A DNA stretch of 64,000 nt from positions 4,235-68,234 of the forward strand of contig CANEZL010000007.1 of NCBI GenBank assembly GCA_947444195.1, written 5' to 3'. The DNA comes from Methylobacteriaceae bacterium (GTDB taxonomy: Bacteria > Pseudomonadota > Alphaproteobacteria > Rhizobiales > Beijerinckiaceae). The translations under genes were made by a program, and so were the position numbers. Below, piece after piece: positions 42,009 to 52,435 of the stretch (its first letter is position 1; the number at the start of each line of letters is the position of its first letter). The notes under the pieces are model-generated. The model saw nothing but the letters and a program-made list of their open reading frames with translations, was not told the DNA's origin and did not search any database.

Positions 42009-42653
42009 TCAGGCGCCGAGCAGCGGCTTGATGACCTTCTCCATGCCGTCGATGGTCATCTCGCCCTTGTAGCGCTCGCCGTTGATGAAGAAGGTCGGCG
42101 TCGAATCCACCTTGAAGGTGTCGAGCCCGCGGCTCTTCACGGCGTTCACGCCCGCGTAGAGCTTCTGGTCCTTCAGGCAGGCCTCGAACTTCTCCTTGTT
42201 GAAGCCCGCCTGGCGCAGCATCTGCTCCAGGGCGTCCACTGGCTTCTGCTGGAAGGCCCAGGCCTGCTGCTGGTCGAAGAGCAGGTCGGTGATCGGGTAG
42301 TACTTCGCCTCCCCGTCGCAGCGGGCGAGCATGAAGGCCGCGGTCGCCAGGGGATCGAGGGGGAACTCGCGCAGGGTGAAGCGCACCTTGCCCGTGTCGA
42401 CGTAGCGCTCCTTCAGGGCCGGCCAGGTGGTGCGGTGGAAGGCGGCGCAGTGCGAGCAGGTCATCGAGGCGTACTCGATGATCGTGACCTTGGCGTCGGC
42501 GGGCCCGAGCCAGACGTCGCCGAGGGGGCCGGGCTGCATCAGCGCGGCGGTGTCGGCGTTCTGGGCCCAGGCCGGCAGGCCGAGCTTGGGCAGGATGACG
42601 GCCGCGCCGACGGCGAGACCGGTGAGTTTCAGGGCGTCGCGCCGCGTGATCAT
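42009..42653 (-). CDS. DsbA-family thioredoxin-fold protein with Tat-like leader
   Basis: TRRDALKL leader; TIIEYASMTCSHCA, REFPLD, TPTFFING. Confidence 0.92.
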   Translation of the reverse strand: MITRRDALKLTGLAVGAAVILPKLGLPAWAQNADTAALMQPGPLGDVWLGPADAKVTIIEYASMTCSHCAAFHRTTWPALKERYVDTGKVRFTLREFPLDPLATAAFMLARCDGEAKYYPITDLLFDQQQAWAFQQKPVDALEQMLRQAGFNKEKFEACLKDQKLYAGVNAVKSRGLDTFKVDSTPTFFINGERYKGEMTIDGMEKVIKPLLGA

Positions 42654-42864
42654 CTCGGGACTGGCTCCGCACTCCGGAGCGCTCCTCAGGCCGGACCGGG
42701 TGCCGGTCGGGCGTGAGGGCGCGTCAAGACAGGCATCCCAGGATCTCGCCCCGGGAGGATCTCCGATTGCGGTAGCCGCGCGGCCCTCCGCTGGCAAGGC
42801 GGCCCTTCGGCGTCGGAGCACGCCGGCGACGCGATCGGTGACGGCGCTACGGCTCGCGCGGGGC

Positions 42865-43341
42865 TCAGTTCCGGTCCGCCACCACGGCGATGCCGAGCCG
42901 GTCGAGGGCCTCGCGCAGGCCGTCATCGGCGATGGGCCCCACCGCCCGCGCCACCTCGCCGCGCCGGGCGGGATCGAGGGCCGCCGCCCGCCGCTTCGCC
43001 TCGGCGCGGGCCACCCGGTCCTGCTTCATCACGATGCGGCCGATGCAGGCCCAGCCGTAATGGGCGTTGATGCGCTGGATCACCACGGGCGCGAGGTGCT
43101 GCAACTCGATCGCGAACACGCTCTCCACCTGCACGACGAGGGTGCCGGAATCGGGCGCGTCCGTGCTCTTGCGCCGCCGCCGCGGCCATTCGATGCGGGC
43201 GGGCCGGCAGTAGCGCGCGAGGCGCGCGCCGACGATGTCGGGCCAGGCGGCCAGGATGTCGGTGGAGGCGAAGCCCTGGGCGGCGAAGGCCGGGCCGATG
43301 CAGCCCTCGATCAGTTCCGCCAGCGGTTTGACCCGTGCCAT
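42865..43341 (-). CDS. DciA/DUF721 family protein
   Basis: GFASTDILAAWPDIVG, ELQH....IQRINAHYGW; divergent from mutY. Confidence 0.82.
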   Translation of the reverse strand: MARVKPLAELIEGCIGPAFAAQGFASTDILAAWPDIVGARLARYCRPARIEWPRRRRKSTDAPDSGTLVVQVESVFAIELQHLAPVVIQRINAHYGWACIGRIVMKQDRVARAEAKRRAAALDPARRGEVARAVGPIADDGLREALDRLGIAVVADRN

Positions 43342-43436
43342 GGTCCTCGTCCCTCGAACGCACCTGAGTCCTAACGCCTGAGCCCGTTCGCCGGGAGCCC
43401 TTTGAAGCGCCCGCGGCAAGGGCTATCACCCCGGCG

Positions 43437-44768
43437 ATGCCAGCGTCCGCCCCCCAAGAGCCGGTCGAGCCCCCGCGCCCCGCCGCCCCGGTGTCGGCGG
43501 CCGTCCTGCTGGCGTGGTACGACCGGCACCGCCGCGTCCTGCCCTGGCGGGCGCCGGCCGGGGCGGTGGCGGATCCCTACCGGGTCTGGCTGTCCGAGGT
43601 GATGCTGCAGCAGACCACGGTCGCCGCCGTGCGCCCCTTTTTCGAGCGCTTCCTCGAACGCTTTCCCGATGTGGAGGCGCTCGCCGCCGCCCCCGATGCC
43701 GCCGTGATGGCGGCCTGGGCCGGCCTCGGCTACTACTCGCGGGCGCGCAACCTGCACGCCTGCGCCAAGCTCGTCGCGGCGTCCGGGCGCTTCCCGGACA
43801 CGGCCGAGGGCTTGCGCAAGCTGCCCGGCATCGGCGCCTACACCGCAGGCGCCATCGCGGCGATCGCCTTCGAGCGCGCGGAAGCCGCCGTCGACGGCAA
43901 TGTCGAGCGGGTGATGAGCCGCCTCTTCGCGGTGGAGGCGCCCCTGCCGGGCAGCCGGCCGGAGATCCGCCGCCTGACGCAAGCGATGGTGCCCGACGCC
44001 CGGCCCGGCGATTTCGCGCAAGCCCTGATGGATCTCGGCGCCACGATCTGCACGCCCAAGCGCCCGGCCTGCGCCCTCTGCCCCTGGATGGAGCCCTGCC
44101 GCGCCCGCGCCGCGGGCACGCAGGAGACGTTTCCGCGAAAGATCCGCGCGGCGAAGGGGGCCCTGCGCCGGGGCGCGGCCTTCGTGGTGGTGCGGGCGGG
44201 CGACGAGGCGGTCCTCCTGCGCACGCGCCCGGCGGAAGGGCTCCTCGGCAACATGGCCGAGCCGCCGCAGAGCGCCTGGGAGCCGGATTACGATCCGGCC
44301 GGCGCGCTCCTCGACGCGCCCCTCGACGCCCGCTGGAAGCGCCTGCCCGGCCTCGTCCGTCACGGCTTCACGCATTTCCCCCTCGAACTCACCGTCTTCC
44401 TGGCGCGCGTCGCCCTGAACACGCCCGCGCCCGCCGGCATGCGCTTCACGCCCCGGCGCGACCTCGCCGAGGAGCCGCTGCCCGGCCTGATGAAGAAGGT
44501 GATCGCCCACGCCTTCGATCCCGCGCCGGAGCCCGCGAAGGCGCCGCGGGGGCGCCCCCGCAAGGAGCCGCCGCCGATGCCGCTCCTGAGCTTCGCGGAG
44601 GCCGAGACGGTCTCCGTGCCCGAGCCGCCGCGCTTCCGCCCGGTGCCGAAGCCGGCCCCGCGCCCGGCGGCGGTCCCGCCCGCGGAGGAGGGATTCGCGG
44701 AGGAGGGAGCGCCCGAGGCGCCGCCGCCCCGGCGGGCGGGGCGCCCGGCGGGACGGCGCAAGCGGTAG
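43437..44768 (+). CDS. mutY: A/G-specific adenine glycosylase MutY with a Pro/Ala-rich C-terminal extension
   Basis: WYDRHRRVLPWR, VWLSEVMLQQT, GLGYYSRARNL, LPGIGAYTA, VDGNVERV, CTPKRPACALCPW...C, HGFTHF. Confidence 0.95.
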   Translation: MPASAPQEPVEPPRPAAPVSAAVLLAWYDRHRRVLPWRAPAGAVADPYRVWLSEVMLQQTTVAAVRPFFERFLERFPDVEALAAAPDAAVMAAWAGLGYYSRARNLHACAKLVAASGRFPDTAEGLRKLPGIGAYTAGAIAAIAFERAEAAVDGNVERVMSRLFAVEAPLPGSRPEIRRLTQAMVPDARPGDFAQALMDLGATICTPKRPACALCPWMEPCRARAAGTQETFPRKIRAAKGALRRGAAFVVVRAGDEAVLLRTRPAEGLLGNMAEPPQSAWEPDYDPAGALLDAPLDARWKRLPGLVRHGFTHFPLELTVFLARVALNTPAPAGMRFTPRRDLAEEPLPGLMKKVIAHAFDPAPEPAKAPRGRPRKEPPPMPLLSFAEAETVSVPEPPRFRPVPKPAPRPAAVPPAEEGFAEEGAPEAPPPRRAGRPAGRRKR

Positions 44769-44786
44769 GGGCGGGACCCGCCGGCC

Positions 44787-45992
<1,206 letters not shown>

Positions 45993-46451
45993 TTACGCGA
46001 CTAACCCGGGCACCATGCCCGCTTCACGGTAAAGGCCGCGTTCTCCGTTTCCCCGCGGGTCCGTTCCGATTTGGGGCTGCAGTTTTTGCCGGGTGCCTCC
46101 CGGACGCCCGCCCGCGCCCCGTGCCCTCCCGCTCCGCCGCCCGCGCATCCACGGCCACGGTCCCGCCCGGCGGGATCCAGCCCTTCGCGGAATGCAGGGC
46201 TCGCGCGCCCATAGGCGTATTTTCAGCCACATTCGCGACTTCGAGAATTCAGTGACGGCATGCAACCCGTCTCCAAGGCCAAGTCGTGCGAAAGTAAACA
46301 ATACTTGCAGAGCTAGGCCGTTAACGAAACCTGAGGCTCTGTGGCAGGTGATGCCAAAAATGTGGCATCGCACCCGAAAAACAGCGTGCCTTATTTTGGT
46401 CCGCAACGGTCTCGATTGGCCGCGCCGTCGCAAACAACAAAGGGAATGCGA

Positions 46452-46805
46452 ATGGCCATCAAGCCTGTCTGCCGGACCGTCGCCGCCATCCTGGGCACCG
46501 CCGCGACCCTCGTCGCCAGCGTCCCGGCTTCCGCACAGAGCGGAGCGGCCTCCTGGTACGGCAGCGGACACCGGACCGCGAACGGCGAGCGCTTCAACCC
46601 GAACGGGATGACGGCCGCCCACCGCAGCCTGCCCTTCGGCACGCAGGTCCGGGTTTCCGACCGCCGCACCGGCCGCTCCGTGGTGGTGCGCATCAACGAT
46701 CGCGGCCCCTTCGTGCGCGGGCGCATCATCGATCTCTCCCGCGGCTCGGCCCGGGCCCTCGGCATGGGCGGCGTCAGCTACGTCTCCCTCCAGGTCATGC
46801 GGTAA
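46452..46805 (+). CDS. RlpA-family septal lytic transglycosylase (DPBB), short form
   Basis: Signal peptide, ASWYG, TANGERF, TAAHRSLPFG, VRINDRGPF, IIDLS. Confidence 0.92.
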   Translation: MAIKPVCRTVAAILGTAATLVASVPASAQSGAASWYGSGHRTANGERFNPNGMTAAHRSLPFGTQVRVSDRRTGRSVVVRINDRGPFVRGRIIDLSRGSARALGMGGVSYVSLQVMR

Positions 46806-46934
46806 CCCGCGTGAGCGCCCGCCGGCCGCGCCGGCCGCCCGGTGGGGAGGCCGGACGGGGCTTGCGGCGCGGCCGTTGCCGCGGCCGGCGGGCGCACCCA
46901 TCTTGAGGTCTCCCCGCAGGAGACCCCCGGCCTC

Positions 46935-47249
46935 ATGGCGAAACCTCTCATCGTCGACATTCCGCACGATCTCGGGCTCGTCGAGGCGCGGCGCCGGATC
47001 GAGACCGGCATCGACCAGGGCAAGGGCATGCTCGCCAAGAGCGGGATCGCCATCGACAACCTCGCCTGGACCGGCGACCGCCTCGATTTCGCGCTCTCCG
47101 CCCTCGCCCAGAAGGTCGAGGGGGCCATCGATGTCGGCGCCGAGAGCGTGCGCGTGGAGGTCAAGCTGCCCTTCCTGCTGGCCCTCTTCGCGGAGAAGAT
47201 CCAGAAATCGCTCGGCCGCGAGGGCACGCTGCTCCTCACCAAGAAGTAG
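46935..47249 (+). CDS. Second putative polyhydroxyalkanoic acid system family protein
   Basis: LIVDIPHDLG..EARRRI...WTGDRLDF..SAL.Q.V.G.IDV....VRVEV.LP.LL. Confidence 0.72.
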   Translation: MAKPLIVDIPHDLGLVEARRRIETGIDQGKGMLAKSGIAIDNLAWTGDRLDFALSALAQKVEGAIDVGAESVRVEVKLPFLLALFAEKIQKSLGREGTLLLTKK

Positions 47250-47337
47250 CGCCCCCGGAACCGCGCCGGAGACACCTCCGTTGGCTCGGTCGGCGCCGCA
47301 CGGTGGCGGCGCCCGCGCGTGGAGGAGTGTTCGCGTC

Positions 47338-47550
47338 ATGGCCAATCCCGGCGGGATCCCCGAGGTGCCGGACCAGCCCGGTCCCGTTCCCGACACTCCC
47401 TACGAGCCGCCGACCGTGCCGGCGCCGGGCCCCGGCCCGGAAGCTCCCGGCAACGTGCCCACCGAGGCGCCGGACGAGCGGCCGCTGGAGATCCCCGTGA
47501 GCGATCCGGTCTCGCCGACGCCCACAGGCCCGGCGAACCCGACCGCCTGA
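47338..47550 (+). CDS. Small proline-rich hypothetical protein (70 aa)
   Basis: GGAGGAG RBS upstream, host-like codons, Pro/acidic composition. Confidence 0.55.
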   Translation: MANPGGIPEVPDQPGPVPDTPYEPPTVPAPGPGPEAPGNVPTEAPDERPLEIPVSDPVSPTPTGPANPTA

Positions 47551-47602
47551 GGGCGGCGACGGGCGTTTGTGAAGGCCGGCGCGCGCTGTCATAAGCCCGC
47601 GC

Positions 47603-49417
47603 ATGGCCGCCCCACCGCTTCTCACCCTTCAGGACATCGCGCTGACCTTCGGCGGAACGCCGCTGATCGAGCGCGCCGAACTCACGGTCGCGCCCGGCGA
47701 GCGCACCTGCCTCGTCGGCCGCAACGGCTCCGGCAAGTCGACGCTGATGCGCATCGCCGCGGGCCTCGTGGAGGCGGACCGCGGCAAGCGCTTCGTCCAG
47801 CCCGGCACCACCATCCGCTACCTCGCCCAGGAGCCCGACTTCACGGGCTTCTCCACCACGCTCGCCTTCGTGGAAGCCGGCCTCGCGCCGGGGGATGCCA
47901 GCCACCGCGCCCGCTATCTTCTGGAGAGCCTCGGCCTGACGGGCGCGGAGGATCCGACCCGGCTCTCCGGCGGCGAGGGCCGGCGCGCGGCCCTCGCCCA
48001 GGCGCTGGCACCGGAGCCCGACGTGCTCCTCCTCGACGAGCCGACGAACCATCTCGACCTCCCCGCGATCGAGTGGCTGGAGAGCGAGCTGCGCGGCAGC
48101 CGCTCCGCCCTCGTCCTCATCAGCCACGACCGGCGCTTCCTCTCGGCCCTGTCGCGCGCCACCGTCTGGCTCGACCGCGGCGTGTCGCGGCGGATCGACC
48201 AGGGCTTCTCCGCCTTCGAGGCGTGGCGCGACGCCTTCTTCGAGGAGGAGGAGCGCGACCGGCACAAGCTCGACCGCAAGATCGCCGCGGAGGAGGACTG
48301 GCTGCGCTACGGCGTCACCGCCCGGCGCAAGCGCAACGTGCGGCGGCTGGGCAACCTGCACGCCCTGCGCCAGGCCCGGCGCGAGGCGCGCCGGCCGGTG
48401 GGCACGATCAGCATGCAGAGCGGCGAGGCGGAGGGCTCCGGCACGCTCATCGTGGAGGCCAAGGAGGTCGCCAAGAGCTACGGGGAGCGCCGGATCGTCG
48501 ACCGGCTGTCCCTGCGCGTCACCCGCGGCGACCGCCTCGGCGTCGTCGGCGCCAACGGCGCCGGCAAGACCACGCTCCTCAACCTGCTGATGGGCAGCCT
48601 CGCCCCCGATTCCGGCGCGGTGACCCTCGGCACCAACCTGAAGCCGGTGGTGCTGGACCAGACCCGCGCCACCCTCGAACCCGCCATGACCGTGACCGAG
48701 GTGCTCACCGGCGGACGGGGCGACACGGTGACGGTGGGCGGCCAGAACCGCCACGTGATCGGCTACCTCAAGGACTTCCTGTTCACCCCCGAGCAGGCCC
48801 GCACCCCCGTGCGCGTGCTGTCGGGCGGCGAGCGCAACCGGCTGCTCATCGCCCGGGCGCTGGCCCAGCCCTCGAACCTGCTGGTGCTCGACGAGCCCAC
48901 CAACGACCTCGACCTCGAGACCCTCGACCTGCTCCAGGAGATGCTCGACGACTATCCCGGCACCCTGATCCTCGTGAGCCACGACCGCGACTTCCTCGAC
49001 CGGGTGGTGGGCAGCGTGCTGGTCTCGGAAGGGGAGGGGCGCTGGGTGGAATATGCCGGCGGCTACAGCGACATGGTCGGCCAGCGCGGTGCCGGCGTGC
49101 AGGCCCGCAGCGCCGAGAAGGCGCCGCGCGCCGAGAAGGCCGAGCCCCGCGAGCGCGCGGCCCCCGCGCCGGTCGGCAAGGCCAAGCTCGGCTTCAAGGA
49201 CCAGCACGAGTTGAAGACGCTCCCCGAGCGCATGGGCAAGCTCGAGGCGGCGATCACGCAGTTGCGCGCGATCCTCGCAGATCCCGATCTCTACGCCCGC
49301 GACCCCGCCCGCTTCGAGAAGGCCACCGCCACCCTGGCCCAGGCGGAATCGGAGCTCGCCAAGGCCGAGGACCGCTGGCTCGAACTGGAGATGCTGCGCG
49401 AGGCGGCCGGCGCCTGA
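47603..49417 (+). CDS. ABC-F family ATP-binding protein (Uup-like)
   Basis: Two NBDs (GRNGSGKST/LSGGE/LDEPTNHLD; GANGAGKTT/LSGGERNR/LDEPTNDLD), no TMD, C-terminal coiled coil ending RWLELE. Confidence 0.93.
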   Translation: MAAPPLLTLQDIALTFGGTPLIERAELTVAPGERTCLVGRNGSGKSTLMRIAAGLVEADRGKRFVQPGTTIRYLAQEPDFTGFSTTLAFVEAGLAPGDASHRARYLLESLGLTGAEDPTRLSGGEGRRAALAQALAPEPDVLLLDEPTNHLDLPAIEWLESELRGSRSALVLISHDRRFLSALSRATVWLDRGVSRRIDQGFSAFEAWRDAFFEEEERDRHKLDRKIAAEEDWLRYGVTARRKRNVRRLGNLHALRQARREARRPVGTISMQSGEAEGSGTLIVEAKEVAKSYGERRIVDRLSLRVTRGDRLGVVGANGAGKTTLLNLLMGSLAPDSGAVTLGTNLKPVVLDQTRATLEPAMTVTEVLTGGRGDTVTVGGQNRHVIGYLKDFLFTPEQARTPVRVLSGGERNRLLIARALAQPSNLLVLDEPTNDLDLETLDLLQEMLDDYPGTLILVSHDRDFLDRVVGSVLVSEGEGRWVEYAGGYSDMVGQRGAGVQARSAEKAPRAEKAEPRERAAPAPVGKAKLGFKDQHELKTLPERMGKLEAAITQLRAILADPDLYARDPARFEKATATLAQAESELAKAEDRWLELEMLREAAGA

Positions 49418-49695
49418 TACGACCCCCGCTCGATCGAAGCGTGGGTCGTATCGACCGAGCCCGCGCGGCGCATGAGCGAAGCCCGGATCCGCCATCCCGA
49501 AGGGATCGATCGGATCTGGCATGAGAGCCTGCTTGCGGGATCGTCCCCGGGGCTCGACCTCATACCGAAGGTCCCGCGTCGGCGGCCTTCAAGAAGCCGG
49601 AAATCCCGGTTGAACTGGTGCCCCGCTCCGTATGGTCGCGCGATGCGGCAGCGTGCCGTTCCTCCGCACCGCGCCCGAGACGATGACCTGACGCC

Positions 49696-51606
49696 GTGCC
49701 CCTGCCCGCGCCGATAGCCCCCGTCCTGCGCCGCCTCGGCTGGCTCGCCGGCCTGCCGCCCCTGGTCCTCCTCTGGGCCGGGGTCACCCTGCTCGCCGCG
49801 CCCGGGATCGGCGGGCGCGTGGCGGAGGAGGGGGAGGCGGTGGCGCGCACCACGCAGGATCCCGGCGGCGAGCCCTGGCTGCGGGTGAGCGCGCGGGGGC
49901 GCGACCTCCTCGCCCGCGGCGAGGCCCCGGGCGAGACGGAGCGCGCGGCCGTGCTCGCGCGCCTCGCCGCGCTGCCGAGCCCGCGCCGCATCGTCTCCGA
50001 GCTCGGCCTGATCGAGGCGGCGGCCCCCTTCGCGTGGTCGGCCGAGATCACCGGCGCGGGCGTCGCCATCGCCGGCAGCCGGCCCGCCGAGATCGGACGG
50101 CGCGCCTTCGACGAGCCGGTGGCCGCCGCGCTGCCGGGCCGCGCCCTCGACGACGGGGCCCGGGCGGCCCGCGGTGCCCCGCCGGACTTCGCCGGTGCGG
50201 TGGCCTATGCCGCCGCGCGCCTCGGCCGGCTCGCCCCGGGGGGCCGGGTGAGCGTGACCGACACGGTGATCGCGGCCTCGGGCGAGGCGGTGGACGTGGC
50301 CGCCTACGATGCCCTGCGCGGCGCCTTCGCCGAGCCGCCGCCGGGCTACAGCATCGGCCGCGTCGCGATCCTGCCGCCGACGATCGGGGATTTCCGCTTC
50401 ACCGTGGAGCGGGTGGCGGGGGGCGGCCTCGTGCTCAGCGGCTACACCGTGTCGGAGGCGGCGCGGGCGGAGATCCGCCGGGCGGCCGAGGGGGTGGCGG
50501 ACGGCGCCTTCGTGGACGACCGCACCCAGACCGCGCGCGGCCTGCCCAAGGGCGTGGAGCCGCAGGCCCTGGCCAACGCGATGCTGCAGGTGGCCGGCCT
50601 GATGGCGCGGGGCCGGGTCGCCTTCGCGGACGGCCGGGTCTCGGCGGAGGGCGACGCCCTCGACGGGCAGGCGGTGGGCGAGGCGAGCGCGATGGTGCGC
50701 ACGCGCATGCCCGCGGGCGTCGCCGCGGGCCGGGTCGATCTCGCCGTGGTGCCCCTCTCGCCCTACCGGGTCAGCATCCGCCGCGAGGGCGAGCGCGTCA
50801 GCCTCGGCGGGCACCTGCCCGATGCCGAGGCGCGGGCGCGGGTGCTGGGGCTGGTGGAGCCCCGCTTCTTCCGCGAGCCCATCCTCGACCGGACCCGGCT
50901 GGCGGCGGGCGCGCCGGCGGACCTGAACGCCGCCCTCGGGGCCGCCCTGCCGGTGCTGGCGGGCCTCGCCGAGGGGGAGATCCGGGTGGCCGACCGCAGC
51001 CTGACCCTCACCGGCACCAGCCTGTACCGGGAGAGCGCCGCGCGGGCGGGGGAGGCCCTGCGCCGGGGCCTGCCGCCGGGCTGGAGCGCCACGGTGGCGG
51101 TGGAGCCGCGCGATCCCGGCCCCCGCCAGGACGCGCAGGGCTGCCGGGCCGGCGTCGAGGCGGCCCTGGCGAAGGCCCGGCCGAGCTTCGCCCCCGGCAG
51201 CATCGCCCTCGACCCCGGCATGTACCCGACCCTCGACGCGGTGGCGGCCCTCGCTCGGGCCTGCCCCGGCCTCCGCATCGCCGTCTCCGGCCATGCCGAC
51301 CCGCCGGGGGCCAAGCCCGCCAGGGTGGAGGAGGCCAAGCCCAGCGAGACCAAGCCCGCAGAGGCGGCGGAGCCGAAGCCCGCGCCCTCCAGGCCGAAGG
51401 GGGCGAAGCCCGCCGCCAGCCCCGCCGCCAAGCCCGCACCGAAGCCCGAGGCCCCCGCCGAGCCGGCGCCGGAGGAACTTGCCCGGCTGCGGGCGCAGGC
51501 GGTGGCGGAGTACCTGTTCCAGGCGGGGGCTGGGCTCGATCAGGTCAGCCTCGCCGAGGAGCCGCCGGGGGAGCGGCGCAGCGTGGCCCTCGCCCTGAAA
51601 CCCTGA
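49696..51606 (+). CDS. Multi-BON-like repeat protein with a C-terminal OmpA-like domain
   Basis: N-terminal anchor, three P(F/Y)xxxxxR...LxG repeats, then F..GS..L...LDAVA...C....VSGHAD...RAQAV..YL...RRSV. Confidence 0.7.
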   Translation: MPLPAPIAPVLRRLGWLAGLPPLVLLWAGVTLLAAPGIGGRVAEEGEAVARTTQDPGGEPWLRVSARGRDLLARGEAPGETERAAVLARLAALPSPRRIVSELGLIEAAAPFAWSAEITGAGVAIAGSRPAEIGRRAFDEPVAAALPGRALDDGARAARGAPPDFAGAVAYAAARLGRLAPGGRVSVTDTVIAASGEAVDVAAYDALRGAFAEPPPGYSIGRVAILPPTIGDFRFTVERVAGGGLVLSGYTVSEAARAEIRRAAEGVADGAFVDDRTQTARGLPKGVEPQALANAMLQVAGLMARGRVAFADGRVSAEGDALDGQAVGEASAMVRTRMPAGVAAGRVDLAVVPLSPYRVSIRREGERVSLGGHLPDAEARARVLGLVEPRFFREPILDRTRLAAGAPADLNAALGAALPVLAGLAEGEIRVADRSLTLTGTSLYRESAARAGEALRRGLPPGWSATVAVEPRDPGPRQDAQGCRAGVEAALAKARPSFAPGSIALDPGMYPTLDAVAALARACPGLRIAVSGHADPPGAKPARVEEAKPSETKPAEAAEPKPAPSRPKGAKPAASPAAKPAPKPEAPAEPAPEELARLRAQAVAEYLFQAGAGLDQVSLAEEPPGERRSVALALKP

Positions 51607-51640
51607 TCCCGCCCGCGGGGCTTGCGCGCGGGCGCCGGGG

Positions 51641-51940
51641 ATGGTCTTGGCCCCCGGGTCAATCCGGAGATCGTGGTTCACCGTGGTGGCACTGCTCGCC
51701 GGCCTCTGGCCGGGACTGGCCGGAGCGCTGCTCCTCGGCCTCGCCGTGGGCGCCCTGGCCGGATGGCCGCGGGGCTACGCGGTGCCCGTCGGCCTCGGCG
51801 CGGCGTTGGCCGGGCTCGGCGGGCTGGCGCTCACGGGCCTCGTGCCGGGGGTGGGCGGGGTCTGGATCGAGAGCGCGGCGCTGATGCTCGCGGCCTACGG
51901 GGCGGGCTGCGGCCTGGGCAGCCTCGCCCATCCCCGCTGA
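51641..51940 (+). CDS. Small hypothetical membrane protein
   Basis: Three hydrophobic segments, LWPGLAG, W.ESAALMLAAYG.GC.LG. Confidence 0.6.
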   Translation: MVLAPGSIRRSWFTVVALLAGLWPGLAGALLLGLAVGALAGWPRGYAVPVGLGAALAGLGGLALTGLVPGVGGVWIESAALMLAAYGAGCGLGSLAHPR

Positions 51941-52033
51941 GGATCAAGGAACCGCGGCCCCCCGTCCCCGCGTTCTGTCCGGCAAGGGGCCGCCCGCGCG
52001 GCCCGTCCCGACAACCGGCACAGGAAGCGTCCC

Positions 52034-52351
52034 ATGCCCCACCGGAAGCTGCGCCACGCCGCCTTGCGCCCCCGCGCCGGCGGCCCCGCCACCGCCCTTT
52101 TCCTCGGCGGCCTCGCCCTCTCGGGCTTCACCGCCCTCGGCATGGACTGGATCGAGCCCGCCGCCGCCCAGACCGCGGGCGGCACCGTCGAGCGGCCCGC
52201 CGCGGCGCGGGCGGACCGGCGGGTGGACGATCCGGCCGCGGCCGCCATGCCCACGGGCACCGGCAGCGTGCGGGACGTGCCCCGCGGAGACGGGACCGGA
52301 CGTCCGAGCCAGAGCCGCATCGACAACGCGGCGCCCGCCCCGGCCCGCTGA
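52034..52351 (+). CDS. Hypothetical protein with one TM segment
   Basis: RBS-like AGGAAG, hydrophobic ALFLGGLALSGFTALG, host-like codons. Confidence 0.5.
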   Translation: MPHRKLRHAALRPRAGGPATALFLGGLALSGFTALGMDWIEPAAAQTAGGTVERPAAARADRRVDDPAAAAMPTGTGSVRDVPRGDGTGRPSQSRIDNAAPAPAR

Positions 52352-52435
52352 CCCCCGCCTCCGGCCCGCGACGCAACCGCGGCGCCCTCCCGCCCGTTAG
52401 CGGGCGGGGGCGCCCGGTCCCCGCGGGAGGATGCC

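Noticed and set aside
49418-49695. Possible small gene or remnant (MPDPIDPFGMADPGF…) between the ABC-F and OmpA genes
   Set aside because: No convincing RBS, and the frame runs on antisense through the ABC-F gene; not supportable.
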